From a virus (taxonomy: Duplodnaviria; Caudoviricetes), in IMG/VR virus record IMGVR_UViG_2974795854_000001, positions 8,980 through 72,979 of that record: 64,000 nucleotides of DNA, one strand, 5' to 3'. The notes under the pieces were generated by a model. That model saw nothing but the letters and a program-made list of their open reading frames with translations, was not told the DNA's origin and did no database searches. Shown here in pieces: positions 52,933-61,165 of this stretch. Both the position numbers and the translations under genes were made by a program. Each line of letters begins with the position of its first letter. The stretch's first letter is position 1.

Positions 52933-54830
52933 TGGCAACATACGTAGTTGATATAGAAACAGACGGACTTAAATCCACTAAGCTACACGTAGTATCTGTA
53001 GGTTACCAAGACGAAGATGGAAACTGGCAGGTAATTTCTACCAAAGATCCGGATAAAATAAGGAGTATAATGGAAGACGAAGATAATTTCATAGTCGGCC
53101 ACTTCTTTAAATTATTCGATTCAGTAGAGTTAGAGAGATTGTTAGGGTTCAAGATAAAAGCCTTCGTAGTAGACACCTTGGCATTGGCTTGGTACTTATT
53201 CCCAACTAGAAAAGCTAGCTTCGGGTTAGCGCAGTTTGGAGTAGAGTACGGTATACCTAAACCTAAAATAGAGGATTGGGAAGGACTTACTTACGAGGAT
53301 TATGAGCACAGGTGCCAAGAGGACGTAAAGATAAACATAAAACTTTGGGAGGAGTTAATCTCTAAGTTAATGGAGTTGTACGGTTCTTCCGAAGCGGCCT
53401 TCGAGTTTATAAAGTACTTGATGTTTAAGATGGATTGCTTAGTCACTCAACAAGCTGAGATGTGTAGAGTGGATATATATAAGGTTAAGGAAAATATAGA
53501 TATCCTAGAGCCTATGCTTTTAGAAAAGGAGGACATGCTTATAAGAGCTATGCCTGAGGGGGCTATAATTAAAACCAAGCCTAAGGTGATGGTTAAAAAG
53601 AACAGGCAACCCTCTGCAAATGCTATTAAGTGGTTTCAGTACTTAAAAGAGAATGAACTTCCTCCAACAACAGAGGAGGTTAGAGCGCCTGCAAATCCTA
53701 GTTCCACTACTCAGCTTAAAGATTGGCTGTTTAGTATAGGTTGGGAGCCTAAAATATTTAATGACGGGGCCAACGGGCCAGTACCTCAGATTAGAAATAA
53801 AGACAGGGAGTTATGCGAGAGTATATTAGAGCTAAGTGATAAAGAGCCTGCTATACTTTACTTGGATGGCCTTACCGTGATAAATCACAGACTTGCTTTA
53901 CTTCGATCTTTGAAAGAATGCTCTGACGAGAATGGAATGACCATAGCCAGTGCTGCCGGACTAACCAACACATTAAGACTTAGACACTCTAAGCCTATTG
54001 TGAATCTACCGGGGGTTACAGGAGCTATACACGAAGCCATGGAAGGCGGGATGTCTAAGGCCGAGGCTGTAGAAGCTAACCTTAGAGACGGTCAATTAAT
54101 CAGAGAATGTATTATTGCTAAAGAGGGCCAAGAATTGTGTGGTTCGGATATAGTTTCCTTGGAGGATAACACCAAGAGGCATTATATGTTTAACTACGAC
54201 CCTGACTATGTTATAGAACAGATGTCAGAAGGTTTCGACCCACACTTAGATTTGGCATTAAGGGCAGGCGCGATTACTCAAGAGCAATTAGATTTGTATA
54301 AGAGTGGTGATAAGGCTACTAAAGCGCTACTTAAACCTATACGAGATGGCTATAAGATGGCCAACTACGGGTGTATTTACGGAATTGGAGCAGAGAAGCT
54401 TGGAGAAGCCATTGGCATGAGTACCCAAGAAGCAAAAGTTCTTATTGAGGCCTACTGGGAGAGAAATTGGAGTATAAAACAATTACCAAGGGATATAAAA
54501 GTTAAGACTATAGGAGATCAAATGTGGCTACTAAACCCAGTTAGCAACTTCTGGTACTCAGTTAGGTCTGAAAAAGATATATTCTCGACGCTTAATCAAG
54601 GTACAGGTGCTTACATCTTTGATGTTTGGTTAAAGTACATAACCTTAGAAGGTCTTTCCCCGTTCTTGCAGTACCATGATGAAATGGTGGTTTCTATAGA
54701 GAAAGGTAGGAGAGAAGAAGTGAAGATTATTATAGATGAAGCTATGGATAAAGTTAATGAATTGCTTAACCTAAACATAAAAATCTCTGTTGACGTACAG
54801 TTTGGGGATAATTATGCAGATGTTCACTAA
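52932..54830 (+). CDS. family A DNA polymerase (T7-like, with 3'-5' exonuclease)
   Basis: ExoI DIETDG, ExoIII YCxQDV-like, motif A GSDIVSLE, motif B RDGYKMANYGCIYG, motif C YHDE. Confidence 0.92.
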   Translation: MATYVVDIETDGLKSTKLHVVSVGYQDEDGNWQVISTKDPDKIRSIMEDEDNFIVGHFFKLFDSVELERLLGFKIKAFVVDTLALAWYLFPTRKASFGLAQFGVEYGIPKPKIEDWEGLTYEDYEHRCQEDVKINIKLWEELISKLMELYGSSEAAFEFIKYLMFKMDCLVTQQAEMCRVDIYKVKENIDILEPMLLEKEDMLIRAMPEGAIIKTKPKVMVKKNRQPSANAIKWFQYLKENELPPTTEEVRAPANPSSTTQLKDWLFSIGWEPKIFNDGANGPVPQIRNKDRELCESILELSDKEPAILYLDGLTVINHRLALLRSLKECSDENGMTIASAAGLTNTLRLRHSKPIVNLPGVTGAIHEAMEGGMSKAEAVEANLRDGQLIRECIIAKEGQELCGSDIVSLEDNTKRHYMFNYDPDYVIEQMSEGFDPHLDLALRAGAITQEQLDLYKSGDKATKALLKPIRDGYKMANYGCIYGIGAEKLGEAIGMSTQEAKVLIEAYWERNWSIKQLPRDIKVKTIGDQMWLLNPVSNFWYSVRSEKDIFSTLNQGTGAYIFDVWLKYITLEGLSPFLQYHDEMVVSIEKGRREEVKIIIDEAMDKVNELLNLNIKISVDVQFGDNYADVH

Positions 54831-54894
54831 AAAAAGTAAAAATAATTAACTAAATCCTTGTAAACAAAGGAAAAAAGCTATATATTTACAGAGT

Positions 54895-55365
54895 ATGAAG
54901 AAAAAAGCTAAACCTAAAACAGCTAGAGGCTATAATAGGCAAACAAACGCTAAGAAAATAGTGTACGATGGCATAACTTTCCGGTCTAGGTTGGAGATGA
55001 TGATGTATAGATTGTTACAAAAAAACGATATCCCGTTTGCTTATGAAGAACAGAAGTTTAATATAGATACAGCATTTACATCTCCTAATATTTCTTATGA
55101 GAAGTTTATGAATGGTAAAGGAGTCTACAAAGATAGGGGGGGTAAGGCATATACAGACGCCATCTACACCCCCGACTTTACTCCGCCAGTGGGGAAGCCA
55201 TTAACTTGGCTTATAGAAGTAAAGGGGAGATCTTTCCCCGACTTCCCTAGGACTTGGAGGCTATTCAAGAAGTATCTAGTAGACTACAAACTAAACACAG
55301 TTCTTTTTATGCCTAGAAATTTAGAAGATTGTAAAGAAACAATAACCTTAATTAAGAATTTATGA
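54895..55365 (+). CDS. endonuclease I-like Holliday junction resolvase
   Basis: FRSRLE ... YTPDF ... IEVKG PD-(D/E)xK pattern. Confidence 0.8.
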   Translation: MKKKAKPKTARGYNRQTNAKKIVYDGITFRSRLEMMMYRLLQKNDIPFAYEEQKFNIDTAFTSPNISYEKFMNGKGVYKDRGGKAYTDAIYTPDFTPPVGKPLTWLIEVKGRSFPDFPRTWRLFKKYLVDYKLNTVLFMPRNLEDCKETITLIKNL

Positions 55366-55556
55366 TTAGAGAGAGTTTAGATAGCCCCCGTATACGGTCT
55401 ATCAACCATCAAACAACCGACCTAAGACAATCTTGCGTAGAGCTAAGAGACTCGTTGGTTGAAAAAAATAGGGTAGAAGCCCTAGAGGGTATAGAAACCC
55501 TTAGAAAAGGGCTTAACATATTAAAAGATCAAATTGTCCATGGCGATATTATATAA
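55362..55556 (+). CDS. hypothetical protein
   Basis: 64 aa ORF. Confidence 0.5.
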   Translation: MIRESLDSPRIRSINHQTTDLRQSCVELRDSLVEKNRVEALEGIETLRKGLNILKDQIVHGDII

Positions 55557-56514
55557 AGATTTAACGGAAGTAGAGAAGAAGGTTATTAAAGGACTGTATT
55601 GGAGAGCAGACGATGACAAGGATCCCATGACTAGGGCAGAGGCTCAGGAGGTATTAGCCTCTGAACACGGAGTAACAGAGAGGACTATCCGAAATTGGGC
55701 TAAGAAATTAAACGTTTCTTCTATCAAAAATACCTCACCTGCAAAAATACTATGTTTCGATATAGAGACTGCAGCAATGGAGGTTCGATCGTTTCAGAAA
55801 TGGGGCGTGAATATTGGAGACAATATGATAGTGAGAGATTGGTTTATGATTTGTTGGAGCGGTAAGTGGCTATTTGAGGACGAGATTTACTCTATGTGCC
55901 AAACTAAAGAAGAGGTTCTTAAAGGAGATGATAAGAGAATTTCTATAGGATTATGGAATATGTTGGACGAGGCTGATATTGTAATTGCCCACAACTTAAA
56001 TAAGTTCGATAGAAAGAAAGCTAACACTAGGTTTTTACAACACGAACTAGGTTTACCTTCTCCGTATAAAGGTATTGACACTTTACTACACGCAAGGAGG
56101 TCTTTTGCTATTACATCTAACAGACTTGATTACATAGCTAAAAACTTCTTCGGAATAGAGGGTAAGATTAGAACAGAGACAGACTTGTGGAACAGGTGTG
56201 TTATGGGTGACGAGAAAGCCTTAAAAGCAATGCAGTTGTATTGTGACCAAGATGTGAGAGTTTTAGAAGAGGTTTACCTTAAACTAAGACCGTACATCCA
56301 ACCTCACCCTAATGTAGGATTGCATATTGCAAGTGACGTTGAGGTTTGTGCTACTTGTGGAAGCGATAACCTATTTTGGGGAAGTGAATACAAGACTACA
56401 GTTAATGCCTATAGAGCGTATCAATGTAACAATTGCCAATCTTGGGGTAGAAGCAGAAAAGGAGCATTGTCAGTAGACGAAAGAAGACACATAACGGTAA
56501 GTATACCATCTTAA
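55534..56514 (+). CDS. DnaQ/RNase H-like exonuclease with N-terminal HTH and C-terminal Zn ribbon
   Basis: FDIET, AHN..KFD and YCDQDV motifs, CxxC...CxxC. Confidence 0.8.
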   Translation: MSMAILYKDLTEVEKKVIKGLYWRADDDKDPMTRAEAQEVLASEHGVTERTIRNWAKKLNVSSIKNTSPAKILCFDIETAAMEVRSFQKWGVNIGDNMIVRDWFMICWSGKWLFEDEIYSMCQTKEEVLKGDDKRISIGLWNMLDEADIVIAHNLNKFDRKKANTRFLQHELGLPSPYKGIDTLLHARRSFAITSNRLDYIAKNFFGIEGKIRTETDLWNRCVMGDEKALKAMQLYCDQDVRVLEEVYLKLRPYIQPHPNVGLHIASDVEVCATCGSDNLFWGSEYKTTVNAYRAYQCNNCQSWGRSRKGALSVDERRHITVSIPS

Positions 56515-56523
56515 AACAAACAT

Positions 56524-56763
56524 ATGAAGAATTTAGAAGTTATTAACGCAGCCTTCAACAAGGCAACAAAGGCAGGAGTTTACGACGTAAATGAGGTGTT
56601 AACAGTAGCCTCGGCTATAAACAACGTTGCAGGGGTTATTCAAACTGCGGAGGCGTCCAAAATGATGGTTAAGAGTCCTGTGACTGTACCGGCGCCCGGG
56701 GAAGATAAGGAGGCGCAAGCAGCTAGAGAAGGAATAATTAAAATGGAGACAACTATAGACTAA
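56524..56763 (+). CDS. hypothetical protein
   Basis: 79 aa ORF. Confidence 0.55.
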   Translation: MKNLEVINAAFNKATKAGVYDVNEVLTVASAINNVAGVIQTAEASKMMVKSPVTVPAPGEDKEAQAAREGIIKMETTID

Positions 56764-56764
56764 T

Positions 56765-57040
56765 ATGAAGATACTAGGAGACAGAATAATGATTAAGCCT
56801 TACAAAGAAAATACTGTGGACGAAGGTTCAGGTATGACATTTAGACCAGACGATGACAATATACCCTCTGCGGTAGTTGTCATGGTGTCTGAGGAACTAA
56901 AGAGTAAGGAAGAGTTCGTAAATATCCCAGAGGTCGGGGATAGAGTTTTTTACGTAAGACCAAGAGAAAAAGGAAAATGTCAGTATGAGGATAAAGACCA
57001 TTATATCATACCGATAGCAAACATAGTAGCTATATTATAA
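56765..57040 (+). CDS. groES: co-chaperonin GroES-like
   Basis: MKILGDRIMIKP...VGDRVFY...IIPIANIVAIL, upstream of groEL. Confidence 0.8.
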   Translation: MKILGDRIMIKPYKENTVDEGSGMTFRPDDDNIPSAVVVMVSEELKSKEEFVNIPEVGDRVFYVRPREKGKCQYEDKDHYIIPIANIVAIL

Positions 57041-57041
57041 T

Positions 57042-57314
57042 ATGAAAGGAATCAGATTAAATACGCCATACACAAAGGCATACGACGGAGAAGGAAACCT
57101 AATCAATGAAATACTTTTTGGATACCGCTCTTTAGGGCCTAACAGGAGACAGAGGAGAATAGACTCGGGTATTTCTTCTTCAAGACCATTTTCTAACAAG
57201 AAGGGCCGACAAATAGTAATAACTAAATACGGGCCTTTCCACTTCTTAAAAACAGAGAAGATAGTTAGACAAGGGTATAAGAACACAAGACTAGAAACTA
57301 AAATTTTAAACTAG
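57042..57314 (+). CDS. small basic hypothetical protein
   Basis: 90 aa between groES and groEL. Confidence 0.5.
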   Translation: MKGIRLNTPYTKAYDGEGNLINEILFGYRSLGPNRRQRRIDSGISSSRPFSNKKGRQIVITKYGPFHFLKTEKIVRQGYKNTRLETKILN

Positions 57315-57322
57315 AAATATAT

Positions 57323-58888
57323 ATGAGTACAACAATTAAGTTCGGATTAGATTCAAGAGAGGCGCTTAAAAGAGGAGTAGATACTGTTGCAGATGCCGTT
57401 AAGGTAACGCTTGGCGCGTCTGGACGTAACGTAATAATCCCTGCAAATAGAGAAGGACAGTTAGTTTATACTGTAACTAAAGATGGTGTATCTGTGGCTA
57501 GAACTATAACCCCTAAAGATCCTTTCGAGAATATCGGAGCGTCTATGATTAAAGAGGCTGCAAGTAGAGCCAATTCACAAGCAGGGGATGGAACAACCAC
57601 CGCTACAGTAATAGCGCAAGACTTATTTAGTGTAGGTTTTAAGATACTTAAGGAAGACGGTAATATTTCGGTAACGGAGTACAAAAGAGGTTTAGACAAG
57701 GCTGTAGAAGACTTAGTTAAAACATTGAAGAATAACTCTACTAAAGTTTCTAAAAAGAACTTAAAGAGTGTCGCTACTATCTCCGCAAACGGGGATAAGG
57801 TTATAGGGGATATTGTATCTAAGGCATTTAGTAAGATAGGTGAGAATGGTACAGTTATTTCGTCAGTATCCGATACAGCGGAAAGTTATGTAGAGATGCG
57901 TAACGGTGTTGTACTCGATAGAGGGTATTACCACCCAAGTTTTGTGACTAATAACCTTACAGACGTTTGTGAGTTGGAGGACACTTTTGTATTACTTCAC
58001 AAAGGTAAGTTAGAGAAGGGTGACGTTACTGCAAACTTCTTAAAGCAAGTATTCTCTTCTGTTAAGAACAAGTTATTGATTATAACAGACGATATTGACC
58101 CAGTTACATTAGGTAACTTAGTGGAGAACTCAAACGGGCCTCTTAGAGGAAGAATTTGCGTAGTTAAATCTCCTCAGATTCTTAAGATTGAGAGAGACCT
58201 TTTAGGAGATATTGCCACACTTACTGGGGCGAAGGTTGTTTCAGAAGTAGAGGGAGTTAAATTATCTACCGGAGTATTAGGTAAACTTAAAAGGGCAGTA
58301 ATGTCTGACAGAGATACCTTATTAGTAGGAGATAGCGATAACTTATCTGACCTTATCGAGGAAGTTAAAAAGAAGATTAAAATCACCGAAAACACTTTCG
58401 ATAAGAAAGACCTTCAAGAAAGGTTATCTAGAATCACAGGAGGCGTAGCTACTATTTACGTAGGGGCAAAGTCCGATAGTGAGTTGAAGGAGAAGCAAGA
58501 TAGAGTAGAGGATAGTATTAATGCTACAAGGTCTGCCCTAGAAGAAGGAATTGTTTCAGGTGGAGGAGTTGCCTTGGCAAACGCATCTGCAGAAGTTCTA
58601 GGAGCTTATGAAAGTGAAAACTTAAAAGATGCATTCTCTCTTGGATACCTCTCTGTATTAGAGTCGGCAATTGCACCTATAGAGGCCATTCTTAGTAATG
58701 CCGGAATTGAGTACAAGACCCACACTACTAGAGGAATAGGTGTAGATGTTAGAAGTGGAGACCTAGTTGATATGATTGAGGCAGGTATTATTGACCCAGT
58801 TAAGGTTACTAGATGTGCTTTAGAGAACGCTGCCTCAGTAGTAGGTACATTCTTGACCACAGAAGCGGTGGTTGTGTTTAACCAGTAA
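57323..58888 (+). CDS. groEL: chaperonin GroEL
   Basis: VKVTLG..GRNV, TKDGVSVA and AGDGTTTATV motifs, GIIDP.KVTR. No GGM tail. Confidence 0.96.
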   Translation: MSTTIKFGLDSREALKRGVDTVADAVKVTLGASGRNVIIPANREGQLVYTVTKDGVSVARTITPKDPFENIGASMIKEAASRANSQAGDGTTTATVIAQDLFSVGFKILKEDGNISVTEYKRGLDKAVEDLVKTLKNNSTKVSKKNLKSVATISANGDKVIGDIVSKAFSKIGENGTVISSVSDTAESYVEMRNGVVLDRGYYHPSFVTNNLTDVCELEDTFVLLHKGKLEKGDVTANFLKQVFSSVKNKLLIITDDIDPVTLGNLVENSNGPLRGRICVVKSPQILKIERDLLGDIATLTGAKVVSEVEGVKLSTGVLGKLKRAVMSDRDTLLVGDSDNLSDLIEEVKKKIKITENTFDKKDLQERLSRITGGVATIYVGAKSDSELKEKQDRVEDSINATRSALEEGIVSGGGVALANASAEVLGAYESENLKDAFSLGYLSVLESAIAPIEAILSNAGIEYKTHTTRGIGVDVRSGDLVDMIEAGIIDPVKVTRCALENAASVVGTFLTTEAVVVFNQ

Positions 58889-58936
58889 ATTAACCTAGCC
58901 CCCTTGGAAAACTCTAAGGGGGTTTAATAATATTAT

Positions 58937-59839
58937 ATGAGACTATTAAAGAAACAAAATTTAGAAGACTTACTCTTCTTGGATATAGAGACAGTACCTT
59001 GTACTAACGACTTCAACGAAGACCACCATATGTGGGATGCTTGGGAATACTACTGTATTAAGAACGGTATAGAGGATGTAAAAAACTCTTTCTACGATAA
59101 GGCCGGATTAGAGGCTGAGTTTGGAATTATTGCATGTATTACGATAGGTGTAGTTAGAAATGGTGAAATATGGTTGAAGACTTTTAGCGGAGAAGAGGCC
59201 GATTTACTTAAAGAGTTCAATGAAGTGGCGTCCGGATTAATTAACAACAAGACCTACTTATGTGGTCACGTTGTAACTGGATTTGACGCTCCTTACATTA
59301 TGAGGAGATGCCTAGTTAACAGAATACTACCACTTGAAATATTCGATACGGCTCACTTAAAGCCTTGGGAGATGTCTCACTTAGATACGGCAGTACTTTG
59401 GAAGAATAGTGGATTTAAGTATCCTACTCTAGTATCACTTACTTCTGTATTAGGCCTAGATTCCCCTAAAGACGGAATTAGCGGAGCAGATGTAGGTAAG
59501 GCATTCTACGAAGGTAGACTAGATGAGATAATCGAGTACTGTGAGAAAGATGTTAAGGCGGTTGTAGATATAGTTACAGCCCTTAGGCAAGAAGACTCTC
59601 TGCCATTGGCCAACCAAGAAGGAGAGCCCGAGGTAGAGAAAAAAGGAGTATTGACTTACCTTTACGAAGGTGGTGCGTACGACGAAGAGGTAGAAGCTAA
59701 GCTTATAAAGGTGTTGGCCACTTTTAATGATAAAGATAAGGCTGCCGCTATAGAGCTACTTAACGCTATACCAACAAAAGCAAAAGGTAAGGTAACTTAC
59801 ATAACTAAAAAAGACATAAAGAGAATAGCCAATGGGTAG
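58937..59839 (+). CDS. 3'-5' exonuclease related to the PolB exonuclease domain
   Basis: FLDIET, GH...FD.PY and YCEKDV motifs. Confidence 0.8.
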   Translation: MRLLKKQNLEDLLFLDIETVPCTNDFNEDHHMWDAWEYYCIKNGIEDVKNSFYDKAGLEAEFGIIACITIGVVRNGEIWLKTFSGEEADLLKEFNEVASGLINNKTYLCGHVVTGFDAPYIMRRCLVNRILPLEIFDTAHLKPWEMSHLDTAVLWKNSGFKYPTLVSLTSVLGLDSPKDGISGADVGKAFYEGRLDEIIEYCEKDVKAVVDIVTALRQEDSLPLANQEGEPEVEKKGVLTYLYEGGAYDEEVEAKLIKVLATFNDKDKAAAIELLNAIPTKAKGKVTYITKKDIKRIANG

Positions 59840-60006
59840 AGTAGACAGAGAGACCGGAGAAGGTCAATACAAATACTACGTAGAAATCTACGACGCTAAG
59901 TCTGGAAAGTGGGAGTCTGAGGTAAGGTCATACAGGACTGAGCAAAATATAGAGGACTACCCCGACGTAGAGGGAGAGAGAAAGAATTTCACTAAACTTA
60001 AGTAGT

Positions 60007-60468
60007 ATGTTAAGAGATAAAGAAGTAGAGTTAGTAAATTCTATAAAAGGTAGAATAGAAAAATTAGGATATGTCTTCACTAGAGATACTGACATTAGTG
60101 TAGAGTCACTAGAGGAGATTATACCTATGTATATAGAGAGGAAGTTGCGACACTCTTTAATAGATCCCCAAGAGCTAAGTAAAAGCTTTTTTGGGAAGAA
60201 ACCAGAGCAATTAAGATTAGACGTCTTCCTGAGTGAGGAGTCTTTAGTTCGAATAAAAGAAAGTGTAGCAAGTTGTAATTCAAGTGTCTACTCCAATAAC
60301 AAGGGGTCTAGGGCACAAACTAAATTATTTTCGGATTTTAGTATCTTCATTTGGGGGATTCTAGTAGACTTTAGTGTTAGGTCTCACATAGGTGACGACT
60401 TAATAATGGGGTTAAACGACGGAGAGTCGCCAACGGAGGTGGACTTATTATCAAAAAAAGTTATTTAA
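60007..60468 (+). CDS. hypothetical protein
   Basis: 153 aa ORF. Confidence 0.6.
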   Translation: MLRDKEVELVNSIKGRIEKLGYVFTRDTDISVESLEEIIPMYIERKLRHSLIDPQELSKSFFGKKPEQLRLDVFLSEESLVRIKESVASCNSSVYSNNKGSRAQTKLFSDFSIFIWGILVDFSVRSHIGDDLIMGLNDGESPTEVDLLSKKVI

Positions 60469-61118
60469 TGATAGAACTACCAAAAAAAGACGAAACAGGT
60501 AAGAGTTACCTATCGTACAGTCAATACAGTAAATGGAAAGGGAGTAAGAAAGATTATATAAAGTCTTACTTCCTAGGAGAAAAGTTTGAAGGTAATGCAT
60601 ACACCGAGTTCGGTAGCATGATTGGAGAAGCTTTAGAGAATGATAACTTTGACGGATTTGAGCCGCACGAAGTAAGATTGCTTAGTGGTGTAACTAGGCT
60701 AGATGAGTTTGAAAGAAAAATTCTCTTTGATTTAGGAGACTTCGGAGTACTTGGCTACATTGATACAAACGATAATAAAGGTGGCGTAGTAACTACAATT
60801 ATCGATTATAAAACTGGGGCCCTCAACAAAGAAGAAGTCTACCAAGACCCTGACTATGACCAAGTAACTATCTATGCAGGCGCTATAGAACAAGAGACAG
60901 GAGTACTTCCTGTTAAAGGTTGGGTAGAGCTTATAGAAAGAAATGGTAATCCTTTTAAAGGAGAGCAGTTAACTTTAGGTGGGTCTGTGGTAACAATAGA
61001 CCAAGATGTATCTAGAGAGGCAGTAGACGCCGTTAAAGGTCGCTTAATAAAGGTGGCCGAAGATATCTCAGACCATTACAAAGTATTCAAGGCTCTAGAG
61101 TTCTTAATACAGATTTAA
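60468..61118 (+). CDS. PD-(D/E)xK nuclease (RecB/Cas4-like)
   Basis: LSYSQYSKW, GYID...IIDYKTG...Q...Y motifs. Confidence 0.8.
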   Translation: MIELPKKDETGKSYLSYSQYSKWKGSKKDYIKSYFLGEKFEGNAYTEFGSMIGEALENDNFDGFEPHEVRLLSGVTRLDEFERKILFDLGDFGVLGYIDTNDNKGGVVTTIIDYKTGALNKEEVYQDPDYDQVTIYAGAIEQETGVLPVKGWVELIERNGNPFKGEQLTLGGSVVTIDQDVSREAVDAVKGRLIKVAEDISDHYKVFKALEFLIQI

Positions 61119-61165
61119 AAAAGAAACCCCCTCAGGAAATTAATCTTGAGGGGGATTTTTTATTT
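61117..61165. terminator. bidirectional terminator between convergent arms
   Basis: aaaaaagaaa-cccctcagg...cttgagggg-attttt. Confidence 0.75.

Noticed and set aside
51764-54830. 2-aminoadenine (Z-genome) pathway
   Set aside because: No PurZ or DatZ-like gene is recognisable in the window. One DUF5664-like domain is not sufficient evidence.
60468-61118. Cas4 as part of a CRISPR system
   Set aside because: This is a generic PD-(D/E)xK phage nuclease with no Fe-S cysteine cluster and no other cas genes.
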